The notes beneath the pieces were generated by a model, which had not been told where the DNA came from, ran no database searches, and saw only the letters and a list, made by a program, of their open reading frames with translations. From Candidatus Xenobia bacterium (GTDB taxonomy: Bacteria; Vulcanimicrobiota; Xenobia; Xenobiales; QWHO01): a stretch of DNA of 64,000 nucleotides. Both the position numbers and the translations under genes were made by a program. The stretch covers positions 28,158-92,157 of the forward strand of contig BTUM01000022.1 in assembly GCA_045863235.1 (NCBI GenBank). The letters run 5' to 3'. This document shows, in pieces, positions 35,362-44,610 of this stretch (position 1 is its first letter; each line of letters starts with the position of its first letter).

Positions 35362-36398
35362 AGCGCCTCCACGATGCGTTCCCAGCGGTAGCGCTCGGGC
35401 AGCTCCGGCGGCGAAGCCCCCGGAGCCGTTCGCACGGCCTCAGCAAAGGCATCCCAATCGTCTTCCACGCGCACTCCTGAGACTTCCAGCCCGGCCACGC
35501 CCAGCGAGGTCGAGACCACCGGCCTCCCGGCCGCCAGGGCCTCCAGTACCTTCAGGCGGGTACCGCTGCCGGTCCGCAGGGGCACGATCACCACGTCGCA
35601 CGCCGCCAGGAGGACCGAGAGGTCGTCCACGAAGCCCAGCAGCCGCACGTTGGCACGCTCCTGAAACTGCTCGCAGCCCACCCCGGCCACCAGGAACTCA
35701 AAGTCAGGCAGGCGCGGAGCCAGTTCGCTCAATACCAGCTCCACCGCTTCGCGGTTGGCGGCGTAACGCAGTACGCCGAAGAAGAGAGCCACCGGTCGCT
35801 CCCTGGGCAGCCCCAGCCGCTGGCGAGCTCGAGAGCGGTCACCCTGTGAGCCTGGCTCGGCTCCGTTGGGAACCAGCCGCAGCCGCTTGAGCCCGAAACT
35901 GGCCGAAAGGTCGGCCAGATCGTCGGCTGAGACCCCCCACACCTCGTCCGCCTGGCGGCAGAGGAAGCCCTCCCAGCCCCGCAGCCAGGGGGTGAGACGA
36001 AACTCGACATTGTGCTCGTCGAGCACCAGGGGCCGACCGGACAGGTGCTTGAGCAGCACCCCGTGCAGCCCGGCGATCCAGGTCGAGGCCAGGATCAGCT
36101 CGATCCGGTGGCGACGGATGGCCCGAGCCAGTCGCAGCACCAGCAGCGGGTCAAAGAGCTGCCGCCAGCGGGTGGGCGAGGCCGCCAGGTGGCCGGCCAG
36201 GCCCTCGGGCGGCGGGCCCTGCAAAGGGCCGCGGGTGACCCACCACACCTGGTTGCGTCGACAGAGCTCGCGCACCAGGTGGTGGATGCGCACCACGGCG
36301 CCTCCGTAGAGGGGCCGGTCGGCGTAAGGCGAGAGAAACAGGAGGCGACGCCCGCGCAGGGGTGCTACAGTCCGGCGCATTGACTGTGCGTCCTGCAA
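35358..36398 (-). CDS. GT-B glycosyltransferase (GT4/GT1)
   Basis: RLLFLSPYADRPLYGGAVVRIHHL..., C-terminal ...VIVPLRTGSGTRLKVLEALAAGRPVVST. Its last 4 nt (35358..35361) overlap the start codon region of the next gene. Confidence 0.8.
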   Translation of the reverse strand: MQDAQSMRRTVAPLRGRRLLFLSPYADRPLYGGAVVRIHHLVRELCRRNQVWWVTRGPLQGPPPEGLAGHLAASPTRWRQLFDPLLVLRLARAIRRHRIELILASTWIAGLHGVLLKHLSGRPLVLDEHNVEFRLTPWLRGWEGFLCRQADEVWGVSADDLADLSASFGLKRLRLVPNGAEPGSQGDRSRARQRLGLPRERPVALFFGVLRYAANREAVELVLSELAPRLPDFEFLVAGVGCEQFQERANVRLLGFVDDLSVLLAACDVVIVPLRTGSGTRLKVLEALAAGRPVVSTSLGVAGLEVSGVRVEDDWDAFAEAVRTAPGASPPELPERYRWERIVEAL

Positions 36399-36474
36399 AT
36401 TCTTGACCGCTCCTGTCGTGGTTGAATTCGGCCGCCTCGGCTGCGCTCCTCGTTCACGGAGATAGCCTCCGGAA

Positions 36475-37185
36475 CTACGATCCCTGCAATGCCCCCCGGC
36501 GCACGAACGAGCGCAGCCCCCACAGGAAGATCTCGGCCCCGTCGCGCCAGGAGGGATTGGAGCGAGGATGCGCCGGCACCACCGGGTAGTTGTTGGCCAC
36601 CTTCCAGCCCAGCCGCGGGAGGCCCACGCACATCTGCTGCTCGCAGGTATAGCCCGGCCCCGTCAACAGGTGGGCCACCTCGGCCGCCCGCCCGGCGCGC
36701 ATCACCCGCAGGCCGCACAGGGAGTCCTTGTAGGCCACGCCGGTCAGCCAGCGGGCCTGCCAGGAGAGCAGCCGGTTGCCCCAAACCTTGTGCATCGGGT
36801 AGCGCGAGAAATCGCGGAAGGCGATCAGCATGTCCAGTTTCTGGCTGGCCAGGCTCTCGCACAGAGGGGGGATCTCCTCCAGCGGGTGCTGGCCGTCCCC
36901 GTCGCACAGCACCAGGGGAGCATCGGGATCGACTTCTCCGGCCAGTACCAGGGCGTGCACCGCCCAGAGGCCCTGGGCCAGGGCCCGCGACTTGCCCCGG
37001 TTGACCGGCTGCAAGATCAGGTGGCACTTTGGCTGGTGGGCCGCCCACTCGACGAGCAGGCGCGGGGTCTCGTCGCTGGAGCCGTCGTCCACGACCACCA
37101 GGCGCGAAGCGACCGAGGCCACTTTCTCGAGCACTCCGGGCAGGTGCTGCTGCTCGTTGTGCACCGGGATCAACAGGATGGCCAT
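36475..37185 (-). CDS. GT2 polyprenyl-phosphate glycosyltransferase-like (DPM1/GtrB/ArnC-like)
   Basis: AILLIPVHNEQQHLPGVLEKV...LVVVDDGSSDETP, NRGKSRAL, CDGDGQH (DxD). Confidence 0.82.
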   Translation of the reverse strand: MAILLIPVHNEQQHLPGVLEKVASVASRLVVVDDGSSDETPRLLVEWAAHQPKCHLILQPVNRGKSRALAQGLWAVHALVLAGEVDPDAPLVLCDGDGQHPLEEIPPLCESLASQKLDMLIAFRDFSRYPMHKVWGNRLLSWQARWLTGVAYKDSLCGLRVMRAGRAAEVAHLLTGPGYTCEQQMCVGLPRLGWKVANNYPVVPAHPRSNPSWRDGAEIFLWGLRSFVRRGALQGS

Positions 37186-37189
37186 GGCG

Positions 37190-39178
37190 TCAGTGAGTCA
37201 TCCGCTGGCTGCAGGGAGCGGGGTCGATAAGGATCCCGTTAAAAGGAACGAGCGTCGAGTTCGTGTTGAAGCCGCTCAGCCTGACCCCCGACACGGTGGA
37301 GCCGATGGTGAAGAAGTTCGTCCCGTTGGCGGCGTAGTCGAAGATGAACTCCGAACTGAGTGGCACCTCGAAGAGCGAGATAAGACCTCCGTTCTGGAAG
37401 CTCAGGATCACCATGAACTCGAGCGGGATGCGGAAGACCGTGGTGGGGATCACCAGGCCGGACGGGCCGGAAATGAAGCCGGTGGGGAAGCTCGTGTTGG
37501 TCAGGGCCAGCGGAGCGCCCGCCTGGTTGAGCAGACCGCCCTGCAGCACGTTGAAGGCAAAGAACTGGCCGTTTTGCTGGGCGGCAAAGACGTTGTTGTC
37601 CGAGCACGCCACCTGGGACAGATTGGTGAAGTTGATGGGGGCCGCGTTGCAACGGAAGATGACGTCGTCGGTATCATCCGTGGCCACGAAGGTGGGCGTG
37701 ATGTTGCTCAGGTCATACAGAGGCTTGTCGAGGTTGTCGACGGGTACCTGGCAGATGCTGTTGAACGTGTTGTCCTTGAAGTGGACGAAGGTCTCGTCGC
37801 CGACCTTGAGGCCCGAGAGGCGATTGCCGAACGAGTTGGTGGTGTTCAAGCTGATGATCGACTCGACGGTCATGGCCTGGGTCTGGCTGTTGAACAGGAT
37901 GCTGATGAACCGCCTGTTCAGGTTGTCCCAGCAGTAGACGTGATGGCCGCCGGGGTGCACGAAGATGCTGTTGATCGAGGACAGGTTTGCGTTGGAGAGA
38001 AGGCTTCCGGTCTGATACAGTCCCGTGGTGGGGTCGAGCAGACAGTGCTGAATGCCCGTCTGGTTCAGGGCCACGAAGATGTCGCGATTGTTTCGGCTCA
38101 AGTCGTGGGTGCGGGGCAGCCCGGGCAGGGTCAGGTTGCCGAGATGGGCCAGGTTGTTGTTGTTGAACGCGAAACTGGCCAGACTCTGGCTCTGTTGCTG
38201 GGCCACGGTGAGGAGAGTGGGGCCCACGAACAGCTGGCAGTTGCCGTTCACGCCGTTGGTGCTGGCCGTGACGGTCCCTGACCCCGGGGTGGTCAGGGTC
38301 GTCAGAAAACCGGTGGTGTTGATGTTGCCCAGCGCGTTGTCGCTCAGCGACCAGGTCACCAGGTTGTTCCCGCGCGTCTTGGTGCCATCGAGATGGGTCA
38401 GGATGGCATCGAATTGACGACCCGTATTGAACGGGGCGTAGACCGAGTTGGGAAACACCTCGATGCTGACCACGTTCCCGGAAGGCGTCGCGGTGACGGT
38501 CAGGTCAGCACTGGCGGTCAGACTGTCGAGGGTCGCGATGACCTGCGTCTGGCCGGGGGCCAGGCCGGTCGCGGTGCCGGCCGCGTCCACCGAGGCGATG
38601 CCCGGGTCGACGACCTGGAAAAGCGACTGGTCGACGGCATTGAAGCTCGAGCCGTCGGGCAAAAAGGCGGTCACGATGAAGACCTGGCTCTGGCCTACCT
38701 GAACCGAAGCCGAGGTCGGGGAGATCTCGATGCGGGTCGGCTCGATCACCGAGACGAACGGGGGGTCGATGATGGTGACGGTTCCTCCGGCGGGAACGAC
38801 CACCTCCACCGAGCCCGTGCCGACCAGGACTCCGTTCGAAAAATAGCGGAACTCGAAGCGGACCACCCGGGTGGAGACGTTCTCGAGCAGCTTCTCCGGC
38901 ACTTTGGGGAAGCTGAAGCCCCTGGCAGAGACCTCCTCCCGGGCGGCTTCACCGGTCTCGACCGGGAACGCCTGGACGCCGTTGGCGTCGAAGCCGGTGA
39001 CCTCGATCGTGTCCACGAAGCTGGGCACTCTGGGGTCAAGCTCGAAGCGCAACAGGACGTTGCCGAACTGCTCACCGACCGGACCCAGGGGGGATCCGAT
39101 CAAGGGACCGCTCCCGTCCGAGCAGGCGGCTGAAAACAGCCCCAGCAGCAAGATCAGGACGAGTTTGAGGTGGCGCAT
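37190..39178 (-). CDS. Lipoprotein with two Big_2 (bacterial Ig-like) domains and an Asn/Thr/Ser-rich C-terminal half
   Basis: ATG 39178: MRHLKLVLILLLGLFSAACS (lipobox). Big_2 patterns: IEISPTSASVQVGQSQVFIVTAF...ASVDAAGTATGLAPGQTQVIATL and VSIEVFPNSV...VTWSLSDNALGNINTTGFLTTLTTPGSGTVTAS. GC is visibly lower than in flanking genes. Confidence 0.75.
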   Translation of the reverse strand: MRHLKLVLILLLGLFSAACSDGSGPLIGSPLGPVGEQFGNVLLRFELDPRVPSFVDTIEVTGFDANGVQAFPVETGEAAREEVSARGFSFPKVPEKLLENVSTRVVRFEFRYFSNGVLVGTGSVEVVVPAGGTVTIIDPPFVSVIEPTRIEISPTSASVQVGQSQVFIVTAFLPDGSSFNAVDQSLFQVVDPGIASVDAAGTATGLAPGQTQVIATLDSLTASADLTVTATPSGNVVSIEVFPNSVYAPFNTGRQFDAILTHLDGTKTRGNNLVTWSLSDNALGNINTTGFLTTLTTPGSGTVTASTNGVNGNCQLFVGPTLLTVAQQQSQSLASFAFNNNNLAHLGNLTLPGLPRTHDLSRNNRDIFVALNQTGIQHCLLDPTTGLYQTGSLLSNANLSSINSIFVHPGGHHVYCWDNLNRRFISILFNSQTQAMTVESIISLNTTNSFGNRLSGLKVGDETFVHFKDNTFNSICQVPVDNLDKPLYDLSNITPTFVATDDTDDVIFRCNAAPINFTNLSQVACSDNNVFAAQQNGQFFAFNVLQGGLLNQAGAPLALTNTSFPTGFISGPSGLVIPTTVFRIPLEFMVILSFQNGGLISLFEVPLSSEFIFDYAANGTNFFTIGSTVSGVRLSGFNTNSTLVPFNGILIDPAPCSQRMTH

Positions 39179-39273
39179 CGGGTATCCCCCTGGTAGAAAT
39201 GGCATGCCTGCAGTTCGCAATTTGTACTATCGGTTCCTGTCCGGGGGAAACCTGCACCCGGAGCGAGTAACCA

Positions 39274-41502
39274 GTGCCGATGTCCCGACTCTCATGGCTG
39301 GTTCTGGCGCTGCTGACGGTCACCTGGGTGGCGGCACGAACTGTCTCGTGTTGGCCGCTGGTCTTCCCCGAGCCGGGCCAGGTGCGCTTGCTCGAGATGG
39401 ACAGCTACTTTCACGCTCGTCATGCCCGCTCGCTGGTCAAGAATTTTCCCCTCATCCAGCGCTGGGACCCGTCCAGTCATTATCCCCACGGCCAGCGGGG
39501 CGAGAATCAGGGCGGTTACGACCTGCTCCTGGCCAGCCTGGCTCTGGTGGCAGGGATGGGACGTCCCGACCAGGCCACGCTGCTCACGACGTGTGCCTGG
39601 ACACCGGTCGCACTGGGAGCTCTGGCTTTCGTGCTGGTGGGCCTGCTGGGTCGCCGCCTGGCGGGTCCCCGGGCGGGGCTGCTGGCGCCATGGCTGCTTC
39701 TTGTCTATCCGGCCACGCTGGCCACCTACGCCGTGCTGGGGTTTGCCGACCACCACGCCTTCGAGGTCTGCCTGGCTCTGGCCACCTGCCTGGCGCTGGT
39801 GCTGACGCTCGAGAAGCACAGCCCCCTCTGGCTCGCTCTCCCGGTCGTCGTCCTGCTCTACAGCTGGGCCGGGTCCGCCCTCTACCTGCTGGTTCTGGCG
39901 CTCTGTCTTTCGGCCGCCGCCCTGGCGGGGGCCGAGAGGGTGGCTCGCCTCAGCCTGAGCACGGCCGGATGGGTGGTGCTGCTGTGGCTCCTGCCCACCC
40001 TGATCTGGCCCGATTTGAGCCTGGGAGATCGCTACCAGGGGGCGGCCCTGGCCGCCCTGCTCGGCTTCGGGCTCGGGGTGCCGGCCCTGGCCCAGGGATG
40101 GACCTGGCGTGCCCGGCCGGCAGGCAAGCTGCTGCTGGCAGGACTGGGGCTCGTCTGTCTGGCCCTGCTGGCCTGGCCGCCCGTCCCGGGACTGCTGCAC
40201 GCCCTGCTCGACCCGCGGCCTTCGACGATCCTGGAGCATCGCGAGGTGACCGTCTCTCTCTACACCGGCTATTTCGGCCTGGCTGGCTGGCTGGCCCCGC
40301 TGGGCCTGCTGGCCGCCTGGCGCCGTCGTCAGCCTGCTCAGCTGGCAGCCGCCCTCTACGCGTCCCTGCTGGTGGCTCTCTGGGTGCAGACGCGGGACTT
40401 CTCCTACCTGCCGCCTCCCTTCGTGGCCCTGCTGGCCACTCTGGCCCTGGCGATGCTACCAGCCCGGGCTCTGGCGACGGCAGCGGTGGTGCTGACCCTG
40501 CCAGCCGTGCTCGGATGGACGACCCCGGCCTGGCCCCCGACCGACCTGCTGCGCCAGGCTCTGCTGGTCACTCCCGGCTGGACCCAGGCCGCCGAGTGGC
40601 TGAGCCAGAACAGTCCACCGCCCAGCCTCGACCTGGACAGCCCGTTGCGCCCGTTTCGAGGGAACCTGCACTACCCTCCGGGCACCTACGGGGTCTACAC
40701 CCCCTGGGACCGCGGTCACCTGGTCTCGTTCCTGGCCCGCAGGCCGGTGGTGCTCAGCTCCACCGAGTCCCGCGAGGGGGCCCTCTGGCTGGCCATGGAT
40801 CAGGAGGAGCAAGCCCTGCAAGCCCTCAAGGCCGACTGTGAGCCAGGGGAGCGGGTCGAATACGTCATGCTCGCCAGCGAGGTGATTTCGGACGGCTTTC
40901 TCACCCACATGCAGGTGGCCGGCATCCGCCCCGAGCAGATCCTCGAGCCGGCTGAAGAGGTGACCGTGGCCAACCAGAAGTTCCCGCTCCCCGTTTACGG
41001 CGAGCTCTACCGTCGCTCCATCTCGGCCCGGCTGTTCGAAGACGTTGGATTGAGGCATTTTCGCCTGATCTACGAGACTCCGACCAAAAGCTTCGTGACC
41101 TACGTGGCTCGCTACAACCAGGCACTCAACAAGATGGACGTCCGTCGGCGAAGCCTCCCCCTGCGGGAAGTCGAGGGTCTGGCCCGGCTCGACGGGGCTC
41201 CGGGCGTGTTTCCGGTGGGCGAAGGCTACCTCTATGGGGGGCGCGTTCTCTCCGAGGTCAAGGTCTTCCAGATCGTGGCGGGCGCTCGGGTGACGGGCCA
41301 GGAAGCCTCCCTGGTGTTGGGCTGCAAGTCCAGCGGCCGGACCTGGACTTACCGCCAGACCGGTCCCGACCTGGTGCTGCCTTATCCGACCACCAGCGCG
41401 GTCGGTGAGGTGAGCGCTCAGGGACCGTATCTGATCGACGGACGAACGCTGCACGTGACCGAGGATCAGGTGCAGCGCGGTCTGGAAGTGCGCCTTCCGT
41501 GA
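39274..41502 (+). CDS. AglB/STT3-family (GT-C) oligosaccharyltransferase homologue, archaeal-type motifs
   Basis: Polytopic N-half with about 13 hydrophobic segments by eye. It carries LEMDSYFHARHARSLVKNFPLIQRWDPSSHYPHG (first-loop D..Y.H.R...FP...DP..YP.G), GFADHHAFE (second metal site, D-H-H as in archaeal AglB) and PSTILEHRE (TIXE loop motif). The soluble C-half opens with YTPWDRGHLVSFLARRPVV, a degenerate WWDYGH. The start is GTG 39274 or ATG 39280. Confidence 0.7.
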   Translation: MPMSRLSWLVLALLTVTWVAARTVSCWPLVFPEPGQVRLLEMDSYFHARHARSLVKNFPLIQRWDPSSHYPHGQRGENQGGYDLLLASLALVAGMGRPDQATLLTTCAWTPVALGALAFVLVGLLGRRLAGPRAGLLAPWLLLVYPATLATYAVLGFADHHAFEVCLALATCLALVLTLEKHSPLWLALPVVVLLYSWAGSALYLLVLALCLSAAALAGAERVARLSLSTAGWVVLLWLLPTLIWPDLSLGDRYQGAALAALLGFGLGVPALAQGWTWRARPAGKLLLAGLGLVCLALLAWPPVPGLLHALLDPRPSTILEHREVTVSLYTGYFGLAGWLAPLGLLAAWRRRQPAQLAAALYASLLVALWVQTRDFSYLPPPFVALLATLALAMLPARALATAAVVLTLPAVLGWTTPAWPPTDLLRQALLVTPGWTQAAEWLSQNSPPPSLDLDSPLRPFRGNLHYPPGTYGVYTPWDRGHLVSFLARRPVVLSSTESREGALWLAMDQEEQALQALKADCEPGERVEYVMLASEVISDGFLTHMQVAGIRPEQILEPAEEVTVANQKFPLPVYGELYRRSISARLFEDVGLRHFRLIYETPTKSFVTYVARYNQALNKMDVRRRSLPLREVEGLARLDGAPGVFPVGEGYLYGGRVLSEVKVFQIVAGARVTGQEASLVLGCKSSGRTWTYRQTGPDLVLPYPTTSAVGEVSAQGPYLIDGRTLHVTEDQVQRGLEVRLP

Positions 41503-41533
41503 AGATCCCGCCGGGAGCCGGGCCGGCTGCTCG

Positions 41534-43210
41534 ATGCGCCCTTCTCGCGGAGCGCCGGCCCATGAGAGCCCCGGTGGACGCCGCCCGATGAAACCAGCTC
41601 TCACCAACGCCCTCGCCTGGCTCGCTCGCCCGGTGGACGCCGCCAGCCTGGGACTGTTCCGCATCCTGTTCGGTCTGTGCATGCTCTACAGCTACCTCGA
41701 CTACATCCGCAACGGCGGCCTGCACGGAGAGATGATCGCCCCGCGCTTCCACTTTCGCTACCCCGGCCTGGAATGGGTGAGCGATCCTTCCCCCGGCCTG
41801 GTGGTCGGCGCCATCGTGGGTTTCAGCCTGTTGCTGGCCCTGGGCTTGCTGACCCGCCTGGCCTCGCTCGGCTTTCTGGTCAGCTATGTCTGGTGGTTCT
41901 TATCCGACGCGGCCTACTACAACAACCACTACTACCTGATCTGTCTGCTGGGCGGCCTGTTCCTGGTCACCAATCCCGAGCGCTGGGGCTCCGTGGACAG
42001 TCGGATCTGGCCCCGGCCGGCGGCTATCCCGGCCTGGCAACTGTACATCTTTCGTTTCCAGCTGATCGTGGTCTACTTCTACGGCGGCCTGGCCAAGCTC
42101 AACGCCGACTGGCTGCGCGGCATTCCGGTGAAGTACTGGCTGGCCGAGCGGGCCGCCTCGCGAGGGCTCGACTTCCTGGCCTGGCCGGCCACGACCACGC
42201 TGGTCACCACGGCCGGCATCCTGATCGACCTGACGGCGCCCTTCCTGCTGCTGTGGCGCCGGACGCGCTGGCTGGGACTGGCTCTCATGGTCGGCTTCCA
42301 CCTGGCCAACTCCTACCTCTTCAGCATCGGCATCTTCCCCTGGCTGATGCTGGCTGCCCTGGTCTTGTTCCTCGAGCCGGACGCCCCCCGCCGCTGGTTG
42401 CGCAGGCCCCCCCTGAGGTTGCCCGAGCCACGCCCCCTGCCAGCGCTCGTCGTGGCCTGCCTGCTCGTCTACGCCGTGGTCCAGCTGCTCCTGCCTCTGC
42501 GCCACCTGGTCCGGGGCCAGGACGTGGCCTGGGACGAGGACGGCCACCTCTGGTCCTGGCGCATGAAGCTGCGCGACAAGAACGGTGCGGTCGGTTTCGT
42601 TCTGCTCGATCGGGGCCAGCTGAGCGTGCCGCATGTGCACGCGGACCTGACCGCCTACCAGGTGCGCCGCATCCAGGGGCGTCCCGACCTGATTCGCCAG
42701 TATGCCCGGCATCTGGCTGAAAAGACCGGTTGCCAGGTGCTGATCTGGACCTGGACATCCCTCAACCGCCGACCCTGCCAGACCCTGCTCGACCAGGAGG
42801 GGCGCCTGTTCCCCTTCCTGGACCTTCAGTTCCCGCCCCCCGGCCCGGCCAACCTGGTGCTGGCCATCGACCAGCGTCAGGAGCGGGGGGTGGAAGGCTT
42901 CTACCACGTCGACCTGCTCGACGCGCAGAATCACCCGGTGGGCTCGCGCCGCGTCCAGCGCGACTCCAGCGCCACCAGGCAGTTCATCGAGCTCTCGGGC
43001 CTGCCGGCCGGCCGCTTCCGCCTGCTGGTGCTGGCCCTCTCCCCCGGGGGGCTGGTGCTGACCCACTCGGTGGCCGACTGCGAGCTCCAAAGCGGTGACA
43101 ATCGCTTCAAGATCTCGCAGGCCCGCTTCATCCCTGGCCCCCCGCTGGGCCTGATCAGCGGCGCAGGATCGTCCTCGAGCGGGCCGAATCGCCCGCAAGC
43201 CGCGCCGTGA
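41534..43210 (+). CDS. HTTM-domain protein (vitamin K-dependent gamma-carboxylase-like membrane domain) with beta-rich C-terminal domain
   Basis: VDAASLGLFRILFGLCMLYSYLDYI... matches the HTTM N-terminal signature (compare human GGCX ...ASLAVFRFLFGFLMVLD...). Multiple TM helices follow. An alternative ATG is at 41588. Confidence 0.78.
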   Translation: MRPSRGAPAHESPGGRRPMKPALTNALAWLARPVDAASLGLFRILFGLCMLYSYLDYIRNGGLHGEMIAPRFHFRYPGLEWVSDPSPGLVVGAIVGFSLLLALGLLTRLASLGFLVSYVWWFLSDAAYYNNHYYLICLLGGLFLVTNPERWGSVDSRIWPRPAAIPAWQLYIFRFQLIVVYFYGGLAKLNADWLRGIPVKYWLAERAASRGLDFLAWPATTTLVTTAGILIDLTAPFLLLWRRTRWLGLALMVGFHLANSYLFSIGIFPWLMLAALVLFLEPDAPRRWLRRPPLRLPEPRPLPALVVACLLVYAVVQLLLPLRHLVRGQDVAWDEDGHLWSWRMKLRDKNGAVGFVLLDRGQLSVPHVHADLTAYQVRRIQGRPDLIRQYARHLAEKTGCQVLIWTWTSLNRRPCQTLLDQEGRLFPFLDLQFPPPGPANLVLAIDQRQERGVEGFYHVDLLDAQNHPVGSRRVQRDSSATRQFIELSGLPAGRFRLLVLALSPGGLVLTHSVADCELQSGDNRFKISQARFIPGPPLGLISGAGSSSSGPNRPQAAP

Positions 43211-44610
43211 CCTTCATCTCTTTCTCCTTCGTCATCCTCTTCTCGGTCGCGCTCCTGGCCCGGCTCACCATCGGACGCAGGAAGACCGAGCCCACCTACC
43301 TGGGCCTGATCCTGTTCCTGAGCGTCATCTTCTACAGCTGGGAGGTGCCGGCTTACCTGCTGGTGCTGCTGGCCAGCGTGCTGATGGACTATGTCTCGGG
43401 CCTGCTCATCGCCGCCCAGGCGGTCTACGAGCGTCGCCGCCTCTACCTGATCATCTCCCTGACCCTCAACCTCGGTCTTCTCTTCTTGTTCAAATACCTC
43501 GACTTTGCCCTGGCCAGCCTGGGCTGGCTGCTGGGAGTCCCCGAGCAGGACGTGCCCCGGTTCAACCTGATCCTGCCCCTGGGCATCTCGTTTTACACCT
43601 TCCACTCCATGAGCTACGTCATCGACGTGTACCGCGGCTACATCACCCGCATCAAGCGCTTCGACGACTACCTGATGTTCGTGATCTTCTTCCCCCAGCT
43701 GGTGGCCGGCCCCATCGCCACGGCCCGCGACTTCGTCTACCAGATCCACCGCGTGCGCCGACTGCACTGGGTCACCTTCTGGCACGGCGTCTACCTGATG
43801 ATCTCGGGCTTCTTCCTCAAGATGGTGGTGGCCGACAACCTGGCTCCGGCCGTGGACGTGCACTGGCCCGTGGCGGCCGGCCCCAACGGGGACGCGGCCA
43901 TGGCTTTCTGCTCGGCGGCCCTGTTCGGGGGCCAGATCTTCGCCGACTTTGCCGGCTACACCAACATCGCCCGGGGGGCTGCCTACCTGCTGGGCTTTCG
44001 CCTGATCATCAACTTTCGCGAGCCCTACATCTCCCAGAGCCTGCAAGAATTCTGGACCCGCTGGCACATCTCGCTCTCGCGCTGGCTGCGCAATTACCTC
44101 TACATCCCTCTGGGCGGCAATCGGCACGGCAGCTGGCAGACCTACCGCAACCTGATGCTCACCATGCTCCTGGGCGGCCTGTGGCACGGCGCCGCCTGGA
44201 CCTTCGTGGTGTGGGGTCTTCTGCACGGGGTGGGCCTGGCGGTGGAGCGGGCCCTGGGCCTGAACCGTCCCGGCCGTTCTCGCCTGGTCCGCCTGGGTTA
44301 CTACCTGGTGGTGCAGGCCTACATCCTGGTGACCTGGGTCTTCTTCCGCGCCACCAGCGTGGGCGAGGCCCTGCAACTGCTGGGCAACCTGGCCGTCTTC
44401 AAGACCCCCTGGGCCGGCTGGGGAGAGCTGATCATCGCCATGTCCTTCCTGCTGCCCATCGTGCTCATGCACCTGCGGGCGGCCCTCATCCAGGCCGGCC
44501 TGAGCCACCCCGCCGGCAAGTACGAGAAAGCCTTCCTGTGCGGTATCATGCTGTACGCCATCCTGACCTTGAGAGGCCAATCGGATGCCTTCCTCTACTT
44601 CCAGTTCTAA
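43207..44610 (+). CDS. MBOAT-family membrane O-acyltransferase (AlgI/DltB/PatA-like)
   Basis: GTG 43207 overlaps the HTTM stop (GTGA). ISFYTFHSMSYVIDVYRG, FWTRWHISLSRWLRNYLYIPLGGNR, LGGLWHGAAWTFVVWGLLHG (catalytic His region). Confidence 0.9.
   Translation: MTFISFSFVILFSVALLARLTIGRRKTEPTYLGLILFLSVIFYSWEVPAYLLVLLASVLMDYVSGLLIAAQAVYERRRLYLIISLTLNLGLLFLFKYLDFALASLGWLLGVPEQDVPRFNLILPLGISFYTFHSMSYVIDVYRGYITRIKRFDDYLMFVIFFPQLVAGPIATARDFVYQIHRVRRLHWVTFWHGVYLMISGFFLKMVVADNLAPAVDVHWPVAAGPNGDAAMAFCSAALFGGQIFADFAGYTNIARGAAYLLGFRLIINFREPYISQSLQEFWTRWHISLSRWLRNYLYIPLGGNRHGSWQTYRNLMLTMLLGGLWHGAAWTFVVWGLLHGVGLAVERALGLNRPGRSRLVRLGYYLVVQAYILVTWVFFRATSVGEALQLLGNLAVFKTPWAGWGELIIAMSFLLPIVLMHLRAALIQAGLSHPAGKYEKAFLCGIMLYAILTLRGQSDAFLYFQF

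Noticed and set aside
39179-39273. TGGCAT...TTCGCA string as a sigma-54 promoter in the OST/Big_2 divergent spacer
   Set aside because: The spacing between the GG and GC elements does not fit the GG-N10-GC rule when counted.
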